Source of the DNA: Planctomycetota bacterium
Lineage (GTDB): Bacteria > Planctomycetota > UBA1135 > UBA2386
NCBI GenBank assembly: GCA_965223545.1
Contig: OZ245006.1
Location: forward strand, 5,824,001-5,888,000
Direction of reading: 5' to 3'
DNA: 64,000 bases
In this document: piece after piece, positions 37,798 through 48,287 of the stretch
Layout of the letters: the number at the start of each line of letters is the position of its first letter
Position numbering within the stretch: position 1 is the stretch's first letter
The notes under the pieces: model-generated
What the model was told of the DNA's origin: nothing
Seen by the model: only the letters and a program-made list of their open reading frames with translations
Databases searched by the model: none
Translations under genes and position numbers: made by a program

Positions 37798-38678
37798 GCG
37801 CCCGCTCCGGCGAGCTCGCGATAGAGCCCGTACGCGTCGCCCGGGTCGGCGTTCTCGTGCACGACCTTCCGCACCGCCTGGATCATCGCCGCGGGGTTCG
37901 CGGACTGGAAGATGTTGCGCCCCATGTCGACGCCGGCGGCACCGCTCTGCACCGCGTTGTGTGCGAGCTTCAGCGCCTCGTCCTCGGGCAGCTTCTTGCC
38001 GCCGGCGATCACGATGGGCACCGGGCAGGCGGCGGTCACCGTGTCGAAGTCCTCGGCGACGTAGTAGGTCTTGACGTAGGTGGCGCCCAGCTCGGCGCAG
38101 ATCCGCGTCGCCAGCCGCATGTACTTGGCGTCGCGCACGAGCTCCTTGCCGACCGCGGTGACGGCGAGGACGGCGATGCCGTAGCGCGAGGCGCGGTCGA
38201 CCAGGCGCGTCATGTTGTGCACGCTGCGGGTCTCGTGCTCGCCGCCGATGAACACTTGCACGGCGAGCGCGGCGGCGTTGAGGCGGACGGCGTCCTCGAG
38301 GGAGATCGCGATCTCCTCGTCCGACAGCTCCTTGAGGATGCTCGGTCCGCCGCTGGCGCGCAGCACGATGCCGCCGCGATAGGTCGGCGGGATGTTGGTG
38401 CGCAGGATGCCGCGGGTCAGCATCAGCGTGTCGGCGTAGCGCGCCAGCGGCACGATGCTGACGTCGACGCGTTCGAGTCCCGTGGTCGGCCCCTGAAAGT
38501 AGCCGTGGTCGAAGGCCAGCATCACCGTCCGCCCGCTGTCCGGGTCGAAGATGTTGGCCATGCGGTTCTTGAGGCCCCAATCGGTGTTGTTGAGGCCCTT
38601 CAAGAAGTAGCCGTCGGTGCTGGCGGGCACGTCGACGTGGAAGTTCTTCTCGGCTTTGCTGTGGTCGGCTTCGGGCAT
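37794..38678 (-). CDS. lsrF: LsrF-type class I aldolase / 3-hydroxy-5-phosphonooxypentane-2,4-dione thiolase
   Basis: [57 protein letters not shown]. Confidence 0.92.
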   Translation of the reverse strand: MPEADHSKAEKNFHVDVPASTDGYFLKGLNNTDWGLKNRMANIFDPDSGRTVMLAFDHGYFQGPTTGLERVDVSIVPLARYADTLMLTRGILRTNIPPTYRGGIVLRASGGPSILKELSDEEIAISLEDAVRLNAAALAVQVFIGGEHETRSVHNMTRLVDRASRYGIAVLAVTAVGKELVRDAKYMRLATRICAELGATYVKTYYVAEDFDTVTAACPVPIVIAGGKKLPEDEALKLAHNAVQSGAAGVDMGRNIFQSANPAAMIQAVRKVVHENADPGDAYGLYRELAGAGA

Positions 38679-38760
38679 GCGGGAGTTGTGCCGCCCGGCC
38701 GCCGCCGGGTCAACAGCCGCCGTGGTTCCGCTGGCGGTGCCTTGGCCGCCGTCTTGCGGG

Positions 38761-40377
38761 TCAGCGCGCGCCGAACGCCCCCAGCAGCAGCGGCAACACT
38801 GCCGTGCTCGGCATCGAGGGCTGCGCGAGGTCCGGCAGCAAGCCCGGCCGGAACCCCTTTGCCACAAGCCCTTCGACCAGCGCAGGCCGGTTGGTGATGG
38901 CGTGCAGCGGCACGTCGCGGGCGTGCTCGGCGGTGGCGTGCGGCAGCGGCGGTTGGTGGTCGCCGAGGACCAGCACCAGCGCTGGTCGCCTCAACTGTCG
39001 GGCGAAGCCGAACATCACTCGGAGGCTGTAGCGGATCGAGGCGCGATAGGCCTCCTGCAGCTGGGGGTGCCCGGTGTAGGTCGCCCAGCGAATGGGAAAC
39101 TCGCGCGCGGGCGGGCCATCGAAAGCGCCCTCGGCGGCGGCCTGCCGCCAGTCGGAGTAGTACGGCGGCACCATCGTGAACGGCGCGTGGCTGGTGACCG
39201 AGACGTAGTGCACGAACAGCGGGGCGTCGGCGGGGTACACCACGTGGTCGAGCACGTACTGCAGTGCCCATTGGTCGGGCATGCGGCCCCAGTGGTACTC
39301 GCGTCCGCGGTACGGCAACGACGGTTGGAACAGCTCGCGCTGGAAGCCGAAGAAGGCGGCCTCGGGCCACGGGCGCGGCATCGCCGGCATCACCTCGACG
39401 GTCTCGTAGCCCTGCGCCGCCAGCATGCGTGGCAGCGCCGGGGCGTCGCTGACAAGCAGCCGGTCGAGGTAGCGGCGGTCGGGCACTTCGACTCCGGTGA
39501 GCAGCTCGGCGTGCGCCATCACCGAGCCGCCGCCGCGCACGGATGGCCGCACCCAGCTCGAGCATGCGGCGAGGCCGTCGGCCGACAGCTCGCTCTCGGC
39601 TTCCGCCAGCCACTGCCGCCACTCCGCCAGGCCGGCGTTGGCGAGATCGCTGCGGCCGTAGGACTCGACGGACAGCACGAACACGTCGGCGCGTTCCAGG
39701 CCGGCGAAGTCGGTGGCCGCACCGTGCATGCGCTGGCGCGCGGCGGCGACTGCCGCGGCGAAGCGATCGCCGACCCGCCAGCCGGAGTTGCCGATCCAGG
39801 CACCGACGTCGTCGCGCAGCGCCGCCAGCATCGAGGTCCGCCAGATGGGTGGCGCTTCGGTCAGACGGCCCGGGCGCAGCAGCCAGCCGGCGGCCAGCGC
39901 GCACAGCGCGCCGACCCAGAGCACGGCCGCGGGTCGCGGTCGGTGCACCACCGAGAGCAGCGCGCGCCACGCGCGCCACAGACCGTAGTAGAGCGCCGGC
40001 AAGCCGACTGCCGCGCCGGCCAGCATCGTCAGCCGCGTCGCCAACGGCTCCTGTGCCAGCAGGTGGAGCAGCGCGCCGGCTTCGCGCAGGTCGATCCACG
40101 GCTCGAACGGCTTGTCGTAGAACACCGGCAGCAGGGTCTCGGCGAAGCGGTAGGACGCCAACAGGAGGGTGGCGATCGCGGCGGCGTGCGCGGTGCGCGC
40201 CGCGCGCCACCCCGCCACGACGGCGGTGCCGGCGGCGGCCAGCAGCCAGAGCAGATCGGCGTTGGCGCGGCACAGGGCCTGCTGCCACGACAGTGGCTCC
40301 CAGGGCAGGGGTGCCGCCAGTGCCGTGTGCAGCGCGAGCGCCGCGGCCGCCGCGGCGAGCCATGGGCGTGGACTCAC
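38761..40377 (-). CDS. Membrane-anchored sulfatase-like (alkaline phosphatase superfamily) protein
   Basis: N-terminal TMs; core motifs [23 protein letters not shown]. Confidence 0.8.
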   Translation of the reverse strand: MSPRPWLAAAAAALALHTALAAPLPWEPLSWQQALCRANADLLWLLAAAGTAVVAGWRAARTAHAAAIATLLLASYRFAETLLPVFYDKPFEPWIDLREAGALLHLLAQEPLATRLTMLAGAAVGLPALYYGLWRAWRALLSVVHRPRPAAVLWVGALCALAAGWLLRPGRLTEAPPIWRTSMLAALRDDVGAWIGNSGWRVGDRFAAAVAAARQRMHGAATDFAGLERADVFVLSVESYGRSDLANAGLAEWRQWLAEAESELSADGLAACSSWVRPSVRGGGSVMAHAELLTGVEVPDRRYLDRLLVSDAPALPRMLAAQGYETVEVMPAMPRPWPEAAFFGFQRELFQPSLPYRGREYHWGRMPDQWALQYVLDHVVYPADAPLFVHYVSVTSHAPFTMVPPYYSDWRQAAAEGAFDGPPAREFPIRWATYTGHPQLQEAYRASIRYSLRVMFGFARQLRRPALVLVLGDHQPPLPHATAEHARDVPLHAITNRPALVEGLVAKGFRPGLLPDLAQPSMPSTAVLPLLLGAFGAR

Positions 40378-42014
40378 CGGCCGGCCTCCCCGGTCGGGTG
40401 TGCGTCTGGTTCGGCGACCGGCTGTCCGTCCCGGATGCGGTGCACGGGAGGCAATGGCCGCAGCGATCGGTCGTCGAGGTAGAAGGCGAACGCCGCCAGC
40501 GAGTCGCCGTCGGCGAAGGCGCCCCCCGTCAACGGCACCGTCCACGGCCGCGGGTCCACCGCCGCCGGGTCGGGGGTGGCGACGCGGACCACCGTCGCGG
40601 GCGCGTTCGCCCCGCGGTGCGCGACCACCACCAGCGCGGCGCGCGGCGCGCCGCCGCCGTCATCCAGCACGCCGGCGAGCAGGCCCGCCGTCGCCGCGCA
40701 CCGCCCCGCCGGTCGCGGATCCAGCCGCAGCTGGTCGACGGCGAGGTCCGGCAGCGGCGCGGCGCGGCGCAGCACTCCCCGCGCCTGCAGGTGGCGGGCG
40801 ACCTCCAGCGGCACCGGCGGCGGCACCGGCAGCCCTTCGACGGCGGCGAACACCGACAGCGCCTCCTGCTGGCGCAGGAAGCGGTGCTCGTTCTGCAGCT
40901 GGGTGAGGCCTTGGAACCAGTCGGCGGCGATCAGGGCCAGCGCGGCGACGACGCCGAGGCCGCGCGCCACCTTCGCGCGCGGGCCCTGCGGTGGGGACGG
41001 CAGCGCCAGCAGCAGACCGACCGGCAGCAGCAGGCCACCCCACGCGATGCCGCGCAGCAGCGGGGGCGCGAGGACGGGCGGGAAGTGGCTGACCCCGATC
41101 ACGGCGGCTTGTGCCGCGCCGCAGCCGGCGAGCCCCAGGCCGAGGGCCACCGATCGCTGTCGCCAACGACTGCCCCGCGCCGTCGTCGCGGTCACCAGCA
41201 CCAGACAGGCCAACAACGAGGCACCGACCGCAACCGGCGCCGCGATCACCGGCGCGGGCAGGGGCAGTCCCGCCACGCGGGCCACGTGCTCGGCGACGGC
41301 GAGCGGAGCGTCGAGCACGGGGCGCTGGATGCGGGGCGTCGAGGCGACCGGCGTGTCGTAGCAGCACAGCGCGGCGGTGGCGCCGATCAGCGACCAGCCC
41401 GCGAGCGCGGGCAGCACGGGGCGGCCGCCCTGCGCCGCCCGCCAGGCGACCAACGGCAGCAGCCCGACCCAGACGCCGGCGCCGGTGGTGTGCGTCCCGA
41501 GCGCCAACAGTGCCAGTGCCATCGCCGCCCACACCGGCGCGCGGCGGTCCGGCGCCCGGGCCAGGCACAGGGCGGCGAGCGTGGCGGCGAGGGCGGGAAG
41601 CAGCGCGCGCGCGCGTTCTGCCAGCAGCCAGTTGGCGCCGAAGGCGGGCGAGAAGAACGCCGCCGCCAGCGCGAGCAGCAGGCCGGCCGAGGCGCCGCCG
41701 CGGCGCAGCTGGCGCGCCACCAACCAGACCGTCGCCAGCGCCGCGGCCCACGGCAGCAGCGCCAGCCAGCGCAGGTCGGCACCGGTCTCGAGCGCCGCCA
41801 ACCAGAGCGCGCGGCCGGCGATCCAGTTCGGTTCGTCAGCGAAGTCGAGCCAACCCGCCCACCGATGGCGGTTGGCCGGGTCGAGCCACGCGGCCCGCCA
41901 GGACTCGGGCTCGGGGCAACCGATCGCCAGCCAGGCGCTCGCCGCCAGCGCCAGCGCCGCCGGCGCGCCGACCGCGCAGCGGTCGCGCCAGCGCCAAGCG
42001 GGTGCCGCCGTCAT
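40374..42014 (-). CDS. Polytopic membrane protein, possibly GT-C glycosyltransferase-like
   Basis: Many hydrophobic segments, including FFSPAFGANWL. Start and stop overlap the neighbouring genes. Confidence 0.6.
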   Translation of the reverse strand: MTAAPAWRWRDRCAVGAPAALALAASAWLAIGCPEPESWRAAWLDPANRHRWAGWLDFADEPNWIAGRALWLAALETGADLRWLALLPWAAALATVWLVARQLRRGGASAGLLLALAAAFFSPAFGANWLLAERARALLPALAATLAALCLARAPDRRAPVWAAMALALLALGTHTTGAGVWVGLLPLVAWRAAQGGRPVLPALAGWSLIGATAALCCYDTPVASTPRIQRPVLDAPLAVAEHVARVAGLPLPAPVIAAPVAVGASLLACLVLVTATTARGSRWRQRSVALGLGLAGCGAAQAAVIGVSHFPPVLAPPLLRGIAWGGLLLPVGLLLALPSPPQGPRAKVARGLGVVAALALIAADWFQGLTQLQNEHRFLRQQEALSVFAAVEGLPVPPPVPLEVARHLQARGVLRRAAPLPDLAVDQLRLDPRPAGRCAATAGLLAGVLDDGGGAPRAALVVVAHRGANAPATVVRVATPDPAAVDPRPWTVPLTGGAFADGDSLAAFAFYLDDRSLRPLPPVHRIRDGQPVAEPDAHPTGEAGR

Positions 42015-42901
42015 TCGCCGGCTTCCCCCGGGCGGCGCGCGGCGATCAGCGCGATGTAGCGTGCGGCGCCATCCGCGTACAGTTCTTCGAGTGCCATGCC
42101 GCCGCGAAACGCGTCGAGCACGCGCCGCGCCGCCGGCCACGGCAGCACGGCGCGGGCGCGGCGCAGTCGGTGGTCGGCGCGTTGCCGCGTGGCGGCCGGC
42201 CGTGCCGGCACCTGGGCACTGAGATCGATCTGCTCGCGTAGCGCGAACCCCGCGTCGTCCAAGGCGGACCGCCACTCGTCGACGCTGCGGAATGCCGGCG
42301 ATGACCACGCTGCCAGCAGCGATGCCGCCGCCGGCGCACGCTGTGCCGCGGCGTCGGTAGCCATGTCCTCGACCACGGCCAGCTGCCCGCCGGGGGCGAC
42401 GACGGCGGCGATCTCGCGCAACGTGGCGCCGAGATCGGTGGCGTGGAACAGGGCCTCGACCGAGACCGCGACGTGGAAGCCGGTGCCGACAGCGGCGTCG
42501 ATCGGTGACCCGAAGTGCCATTGCCGGAACGTGCAGCGATCGTCGAGTCGCAGGCCGGCGGCTTGCGCGCGGGCGCGGCGCAGCTGGAACTCGCTGGCGC
42601 CGAGGCCGACGAACTCGCCCTCGTGTCGCTGCGCCCAGTGCAACAGCGACGCGCCGAAGCCGCAGCCGACGTCGAGTACCCGCGGCGCCGGTCCCGGTCG
42701 CAGTTGCTGCCACAGCCAGTCGTGCATGCCGGCGGCCCCCGCCGCGGGTCCGTCGCCCGCCACCAGCCGCTTGTGCAGCTCGAGACCGCTGCCGACGCGC
42801 GCCCCGCGCAACCGCCGCCGCCACCATTCGAAGCGGGCCAGGCTGTCGTACAGGGCGTGCAGGGCCGGGTCCTCGCCGGCGCGGGTGGGTGGGGCGCTCA
42901 C
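42011..42901 (-). CDS. Class I SAM-dependent methyltransferase
   Basis: VLDVGCGFG, SVEALFH, APGGQL. Confidence 0.85.
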   Translation of the reverse strand: MSAPPTRAGEDPALHALYDSLARFEWWRRRLRGARVGSGLELHKRLVAGDGPAAGAAGMHDWLWQQLRPGPAPRVLDVGCGFGASLLHWAQRHEGEFVGLGASEFQLRRARAQAAGLRLDDRCTFRQWHFGSPIDAAVGTGFHVAVSVEALFHATDLGATLREIAAVVAPGGQLAVVEDMATDAAAQRAPAAASLLAAWSSPAFRSVDEWRSALDDAGFALREQIDLSAQVPARPAATRQRADHRLRRARAVLPWPAARRVLDAFRGGMALEELYADGAARYIALIAARRPGEAGE

Positions 42902-43626
42902 GGCGAGGCGGCGTCCCGGCGCAGCAAGAAGATGAACTCCAGGGCGCTGCGCAGCGGCAAGATGCCGCGCGCGACCGGCTCCCCGCGTTCCGCGTCGGGC
43001 GCCCCGCGCCACGGCCGGAGCCAGCGCCGCAGGCGTTGCCGCAGCCACTGGTCGGGCAAGACGTCGTCGACCGAGAAGCCGCGTTCCTCGAACAGCGCCC
43101 GCCAGGTGTCGAGCGTGCCGGCGTCCTGGCCGCCGCGCACGTTCTGCCGGCGCAGCCCGCGGCGCCAGAGCCGCCAGCTGATGCTGTCGGCGTTGCGCAC
43201 CATGATGCAGGCGCGGCCGTCCGGCCGCAGCACGCGGCGGATCTCGCCGAGCGCGCGGCGCCGGTCGAGCACGCGTTCGAGCGAGCCGATGCAGGTCAGT
43301 CGGTCGACGCTGCTGCTCGGCAGCGGCAGCGCCTCGGCGTTGGCGCGCGCGAGGGCGGCGCGCGGTGCGCGCGCCCGTGCGAGCTCGAGCGCGGCGGGCG
43401 CGATGTCGATGCCGACCGCGGACAGCTGGCGCCGGTCGGCCGCCTCGAGCAGCAAGCCGGCGCCGCAGGCGACATCCAGCAGGCGGTGGCCGGGGCGGGC
43501 GTCGAGCAGCTGCAGATAGATGGGGTAGGCCGCCGGGGGGCGCAGGTAGCGCGCCCCGAGCCGCCGGTAGGTCGCGTCGAACCAACCGGCGATCTGCTGC
43601 TGGTCGATGGCGGGCGTATCGGGCAT
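42898..43626 (-). CDS. Class I SAM-dependent methyltransferase
   Basis: LLDVACGAG, ANAEALP, EIRRVLRPDG. Confidence 0.88.
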   Translation of the reverse strand: MPDTPAIDQQQIAGWFDATYRRLGARYLRPPAAYPIYLQLLDARPGHRLLDVACGAGLLLEAADRRQLSAVGIDIAPAALELARARAPRAALARANAEALPLPSSSVDRLTCIGSLERVLDRRRALGEIRRVLRPDGRACIMVRNADSISWRLWRRGLRRQNVRGGQDAGTLDTWRALFEERGFSVDDVLPDQWLRQRLRRWLRPWRGAPDAERGEPVARGILPLRSALEFIFLLRRDAASP

Positions 43627-43794
43627 CGGGCCGGTGGAACGGGACGCTTGCGCAGCGCGGCGGGCGGCGTAGCGCCGCTGCGGTCGGGGAGTCGGGGCGG
43701 GGGCGGGATTGGCGAAGGACCAGGGCGGGGTGGGAAATGGTACGCGATGCCACCCGGATTGGCGCGGCCAGGTACGCTTCTGGCGTAGGCGCTG

Positions 43795-44877
43795 ATGATG
43801 TGTACTCGAGTGCGGGAACCGGCACCGGCCGAGCTGTGGCCGGCGCTCCTGGCGATGCGCCGGTGGGCCCGCGCGGAGACCCCGGAACGTGCCGCGGTGG
43901 TCGAGCTGCGGCGCCTGGCCGGCGGATGGCAGTTCGGCCCGCGGTCCGGCGCCGGCGCCGCGGTCGAGCAGCGCATCGTCCTGCGCAGCGACGGCGCCCG
44001 TTGGTCGGCCGACGCCGCCGGCGGCACGCCGACGGCGGTGCTGCAGCTCGACGACGCCGGTGCTCCGCAATGGCAGGGTCCCGCGGCGGAAAGCGGGGCG
44101 GCCAACGGGCATGCCGCAGCCGACGATGTGCCGGCGTTCGTCCGGCTGTACGCGCCGCTGCTGCTCGGGCTGCGGCGCGCGACCGACCGCGGCGGAATCG
44201 CCGTCACCGGCCACCTCACCCAAACGCTCGACGGCCGCATCGCCTGCGCCAACGGCAGCTCGCAGTGGATCGGCAACGACGCCGATCTGCGCCACACCCA
44301 TCGCCTCCGCGCGCTGCACGACGCGATCTTGGTCGGTGGCCGCACCGTCGAACGCGATGATCCGCAGCTCACCGTGCGCCGGGTCGACGGCGAGGATCCG
44401 GTGCGCTGCGTGCTGAACGGCAGTGCCAGCACCCTGCGCGCGGGGCGTCCGTACCGCGTCTTCGACGGCCGGGGCGCCTTGGTGTTGTGTGCCGAGGGAG
44501 CGATCGATGACCGCGCGCTGCCCGCCGGAGCCGAAGTGCTCGCCCTGCCGGCCGACGCCGAGGGACGGCTCGATCCGGCGGCAGTCTGCGCCGCGCTGGT
44601 GCAGCGCGGGGTGCGCTCGTTGTTCGTCGAAGGCGGCGGGCGCACGCTGTCGGGCTTCCTGTCGGCGGCCCGGCTGGACGCGCTGCACGTGCACGTCGCG
44701 CCGATCGTGCTCGGCGCCGGCGTGCCGGGATTCACCTTGCCGGCGGTGGACGCCATCGGCGATGCAACGCGCTTGGCGCCCGACTGCTACTCGTTGGATG
44801 GCGAGCTGCTGCTCGCTTCGTTTCCCAGCACCGCGGCGCGGCGCGTCGCCGAGAACGTCGCAGAGGGCAGCGCATGA
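43795..44877 (+). CDS. RibD C-terminal (reductase) domain protein without a deaminase domain
   Basis: QTLDGRIA...SQWI, HRLRA.HDAILVG..TV..DDPQLTVR, LFVEGGG. No HAE/PCxxC deaminase motif. Confidence 0.88.
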   Translation: MMCTRVREPAPAELWPALLAMRRWARAETPERAAVVELRRLAGGWQFGPRSGAGAAVEQRIVLRSDGARWSADAAGGTPTAVLQLDDAGAPQWQGPAAESGAANGHAAADDVPAFVRLYAPLLLGLRRATDRGGIAVTGHLTQTLDGRIACANGSSQWIGNDADLRHTHRLRALHDAILVGGRTVERDDPQLTVRRVDGEDPVRCVLNGSASTLRAGRPYRVFDGRGALVLCAEGAIDDRALPAGAEVLALPADAEGRLDPAAVCAALVQRGVRSLFVEGGGRTLSGFLSAARLDALHVHVAPIVLGAGVPGFTLPAVDAIGDATRLAPDCYSLDGELLLASFPSTAARRVAENVAEGSA

Positions 44878-45866
44878 GCGACGGCGCGCATTCGGCCGAA
44901 GCGTACTGGGTCGTGCAACCGGGCCGGGGTGAGCTGCGCCCCGAACCGGTGGCGGCGCGGCCGGCGGCGGGCAGGAGCATCGTGGTCGCCACCGCGGGCG
45001 CGATCAGTCCGGGCACCGAGCGGCTCGTCGGGCTCGGCCGCGTGCCGCGCTCCGAGCAGAGCGCGATGGCGTGCCGCTACATGGCGGGCGACTTCTCGCT
45101 ACCGGTCAAGTACGGCTACTGCGTGGTCGGCGACGCGGTTGCGGGTGCGCTGGCGGGGCGGCGCGTGTTCGTCATGCACCCGCACCAGAGTGTGCTCGAG
45201 ATCGACGACCGCGACGCCTGGCCGCTGCCGGCGGAGCTCGAGCCGCGCCGCGCGGTGCTGATCCCCAACCTGGAGACCGCGCTCAACGCCGTCTGGGATG
45301 CCGCGCCGGGCGCGGACGAGCAGGCGCTGGTGGTCGGCGGCGGGGCGGTCGGTCTGCTGGTTGCCTACGCGTGGTGGCGCGAGACTGGCCGGCGCGCAGC
45401 GGTGGTCGAAACCGACGCGGCGCGCGCCGAGCGCGCGGCTGCGCTGCCGTTCGTCGCTTCCGTGTGCGGGCCCGAAGGCATCGAACGCGGTGGCGTGCCG
45501 TTGGCCTTCCACGCCAGCGGCACGGGCGCCGGGCTGCAGTGCGCCCTCGACGCCGTCGGCTTCGAAGGCCGCGTCATCGAGCTGTCGTGGTACGGGACCG
45601 AGCCGGTCACGCTGCGGCTCGGCGGTACGTTCCACTCGCAGCGCAAGCGGCTGATCGCCTCGCAGGTCGGCAGCATCGCCGCGCCGCGGCGCGCGACACA
45701 CGGCTTTGCCGACCGGTTGCGCGCGGTGGTCGCTCTGCTCGATGATGCCGCGCTCGATGTCCTGCTCGGCGCGGCAGTGGCGTTCGCCGACCTGCCCGCC
45801 GCGATGCAGGACGTCTACGCCGGGGGTTGTCGCGGACCGATCCCCGTCGTCGAGTACACCCGCTGA
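44874..45866 (+). CDS. MDR/zinc-type alcohol dehydrogenase-like oxidoreductase
   Basis: ISPGTE, PVKYGY, HPHQ, NLETALN, VGGGAVG, ELSWYG, FHSQR. Confidence 0.87.
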   Translation: MSDGAHSAEAYWVVQPGRGELRPEPVAARPAAGRSIVVATAGAISPGTERLVGLGRVPRSEQSAMACRYMAGDFSLPVKYGYCVVGDAVAGALAGRRVFVMHPHQSVLEIDDRDAWPLPAELEPRRAVLIPNLETALNAVWDAAPGADEQALVVGGGAVGLLVAYAWWRETGRRAAVVETDAARAERAAALPFVASVCGPEGIERGGVPLAFHASGTGAGLQCALDAVGFEGRVIELSWYGTEPVTLRLGGTFHSQRKRLIASQVGSIAAPRRATHGFADRLRAVVALLDDAALDVLLGAAVAFADLPAAMQDVYAGGCRGPIPVVEYTR

Positions 45867-45940
45867 CGGACCACGATGACGCCACACCCTTTGACAGCAC
45901 ACCCACGACCCGCGGCTGCGCGGGCCGGCTGAAGGAGAGC

Positions 45941-46981
45941 ATGCCCGTGCAATGCGTTCTGTTCTCACCGCCGGCGGCCAACCCGTACACCGGCGGACAT
46001 CTGTACAACCGGCGCGTGGTCGACGCGGTCGGTGACCGCGCGCGCCTGGACGCGCGCAGTGCGACGCCGGAGGAGCTCAACGCCCAGCTGCACGGCCTCG
46101 GCCGGGACAGCGCCGTGGTGCCGCTGCTCGACAGCTTGTACTTGCTCACTCTCGAGCCCGGTCAGCTGCGCCGCGCGGGATCGGCGATCCACCTGGTGCA
46201 CTACCTGCCCGATTGCGATCCGCGCTACGGCTGGGCCCAGCGCGCGGCGTGGCGGCCGCGCATCGACATGGTGCTGCGCGCCGCCGCCGGCTGCGTCGTC
46301 ACCAGCGACTACATGGCCGGCACCATCGGCGATCGCCTCGGCCGCCACCACGTGCGCGTCTGTCCGCCCGGGCTCGACCCGCAGCCCGTGAGCAACGGCG
46401 CGGTGCGCGATGGGCCGGTGCGCATCCTCACCGTCGCCAACCTGGAGCCGCGCAAAGGAGTGCGCGAGCTGCTGCGCTGTCTGGCGACGCTGCGCGACCT
46501 GGACTGGCACTGGGACGTCGTCGGCTGCCTGCAGACCGACCGCGACTACTCCGACGCAGTGCGCGACGACCTGCGCCGGCGCGGCATCGAGGAGCGCACG
46601 ACGCTGCACGGCGCGCTGCCGCCCGACGGCGTCCGCGGCCTGTTGGCACAGGCCGACGTGTTCGCCCTGCTGACCCGCTACGAGCCGTACGGCATGGTGT
46701 TCGCCGAGGCCGTCGGCGCGTCGGTGCCAGTGGTGTCGTACCGCAGCGGCGGCGTCACCGAGACCGTCGACCACGGGGTCACCGGCTTGTTGGCGCGCAC
46801 GCGCGACGACGAGACCGTGACCCAGCACCTGGCGGCGCTGATCCGGTCGGCGGAGCTGCGCGCGCAGATGCGCGCGGCGTGCGGGGTCGCGGCGCAACGG
46901 TTCCCGACCTGGCGCCAGTGTGGCCATCGGCTGCTCGAGGCCGTCGAGAAGCTGTTGGCAGTGCGGGGCGCGCAGGCGTGA
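45941..46981 (+). CDS. Glycosyltransferase family 4
   Basis: TGGHLYNRR, VANLEPRKG, EPYGMVFAEA; SD AAGGAG upstream. Confidence 0.9.
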   Translation: MPVQCVLFSPPAANPYTGGHLYNRRVVDAVGDRARLDARSATPEELNAQLHGLGRDSAVVPLLDSLYLLTLEPGQLRRAGSAIHLVHYLPDCDPRYGWAQRAAWRPRIDMVLRAAAGCVVTSDYMAGTIGDRLGRHHVRVCPPGLDPQPVSNGAVRDGPVRILTVANLEPRKGVRELLRCLATLRDLDWHWDVVGCLQTDRDYSDAVRDDLRRRGIEERTTLHGALPPDGVRGLLAQADVFALLTRYEPYGMVFAEAVGASVPVVSYRSGGVTETVDHGVTGLLARTRDDETVTQHLAALIRSAELRAQMRAACGVAAQRFPTWRQCGHRLLEAVEKLLAVRGAQA

Positions 46982-47709
46982 AGGCCGAGGCCGCGACACC
47001 TCGCCATTGGCGGATCGCGCGCGAGATCTCCGGCTGGCTGACGCGCCGCGAGGCAGACTTCCTGTTCGACGCGGCCCGGGCGCTACCGGCCGGTGCGACG
47101 GTCGTCGAGATCGGCTCGTTCCTCGGCCGCTCTACAGTGTGCTTGGCGCTCGGGCTCGAGGCGGGCCGGGGCGGCCGGCTGGTCTCGGTCGATCCGCATA
47201 TCGGCTCGCCCAAGCACGAGCACCTGCTGCGCTGCGCCGACACCTTGCCGCCGTTTCGCAGAAACCTCCGCCGCGCCGGGGTCGAAGACCGCGTGCGGGT
47301 CCTGCACATGACGTCGGTCGACGCGGCCGCGCGGGTTGCCGAGCCGATCGACTTGTTGTTCGTCGATGGCGCCCACGAGCGCGACGCGGTCGCCGCCGAC
47401 GTCGGCGCGTGGCTGCCCAAGGTGCGGCCCGGCGGGGTGATCGCCTTTCACGACTCGTGGCACATGTCCGGCGTGCACCGGGTGACCGCGGGAAGCCTGT
47501 TGGCCGGGCGGCACCTGGCGCGGCCGCGTTTGGTCGACACGATCACCGCCGCCGAGGTGGTGGAGCGGGTGCCGAATACGCAGCGCCTGCGCAACACGGC
47601 GTTCGTCGTGCGGCGCGCCGCGCTGGGTTGGCTCGGCTTCCTCCGCCTGACCTACCGCGGCACCGTGCTGCGGCCGGTCGACGGTGAGGCGGACCTTCAC
47701 AGCAAGTAG
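46978..47709 (+). CDS. Class I SAM methyltransferase (Methyltransf_24-like)
   Basis: VEIGSFLGRST, LFVDGAH, PGGVIAFHD; GTGA overlap. Confidence 0.88.
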   Translation: MKAEAATPRHWRIAREISGWLTRREADFLFDAARALPAGATVVEIGSFLGRSTVCLALGLEAGRGGRLVSVDPHIGSPKHEHLLRCADTLPPFRRNLRRAGVEDRVRVLHMTSVDAAARVAEPIDLLFVDGAHERDAVAADVGAWLPKVRPGGVIAFHDSWHMSGVHRVTAGSLLAGRHLARPRLVDTITAAEVVERVPNTQRLRNTAFVVRRAALGWLGFLRLTYRGTVLRPVDGEADLHSK

Positions 47710-48287
47710 CGCGGCACTCGGCGGCAGTAGTCCTCGTAGCGGTCGGCGAACCGGTCCCGCAAGAACGCTTCTTCGACGCGCACTCGATCGTGCATCTGCA
47801 GCGCGTAGATCAATGCGGCCGCACCGACAACGGCGCACGGGAACACGAGGAAGCTGCCGAGCATCACCGCGTGCAGGCCGACCAACGCGGGGTTGCGCGA
47901 GTGGGCGAACACGGACCCGGTGGCCAGCGCGCCCTGCGCGCGGCGCAGCGCGCGCACCGCCAGCAGGGTGAAGGCGCGGCCGCCGACCGCGGTGGCGGCG
48001 CCGGTCCAGGCGACGGCCGGGTGCTGTAGGCCGTCGATCGGCAGCAGGGCTCTGGTCCACTGCGGCTGCAGCGCCAGCACGGCGGGCAGGGCAAAGCCGG
48101 CGATGCTGACCGCGGTCGGCAGCGCGAAGCGCAGCAGCACGAAGCCGCGGCCGCGGCGCGCCGGCGTGCCCTCGTCGGGGGCATCACGCAGCAGGGCGGC
48201 CGTCGACGCCACGCTGGGCACTGGCAGCAGCCACATCTCCAGCAGGATCGTGGCGTAGCAGATCGCGATGACGTGTGCCGGAGTCAT
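47697..48287 (-). CDS. Isoprenylcysteine carboxyl methyltransferase / PEMT family membrane protein
   Basis: LATGSVFAHSRNP, EEAFLRDRF...YEDYCRRVPRY. Confidence 0.85.
   Translation of the reverse strand: MTPAHVIAICYATILLEMWLLPVPSVASTAALLRDAPDEGTPARRGRGFVLLRFALPTAVSIAGFALPAVLALQPQWTRALLPIDGLQHPAVAWTGAATAVGGRAFTLLAVRALRRAQGALATGSVFAHSRNPALVGLHAVMLGSFLVFPCAVVGAAALIYALQMHDRVRVEEAFLRDRFADRYEDYCRRVPRYLL

Noticed and set aside
43795..44877. Housekeeping riboflavin gene ribD
   Set aside because: No deaminase domain and no other rib genes nearby.
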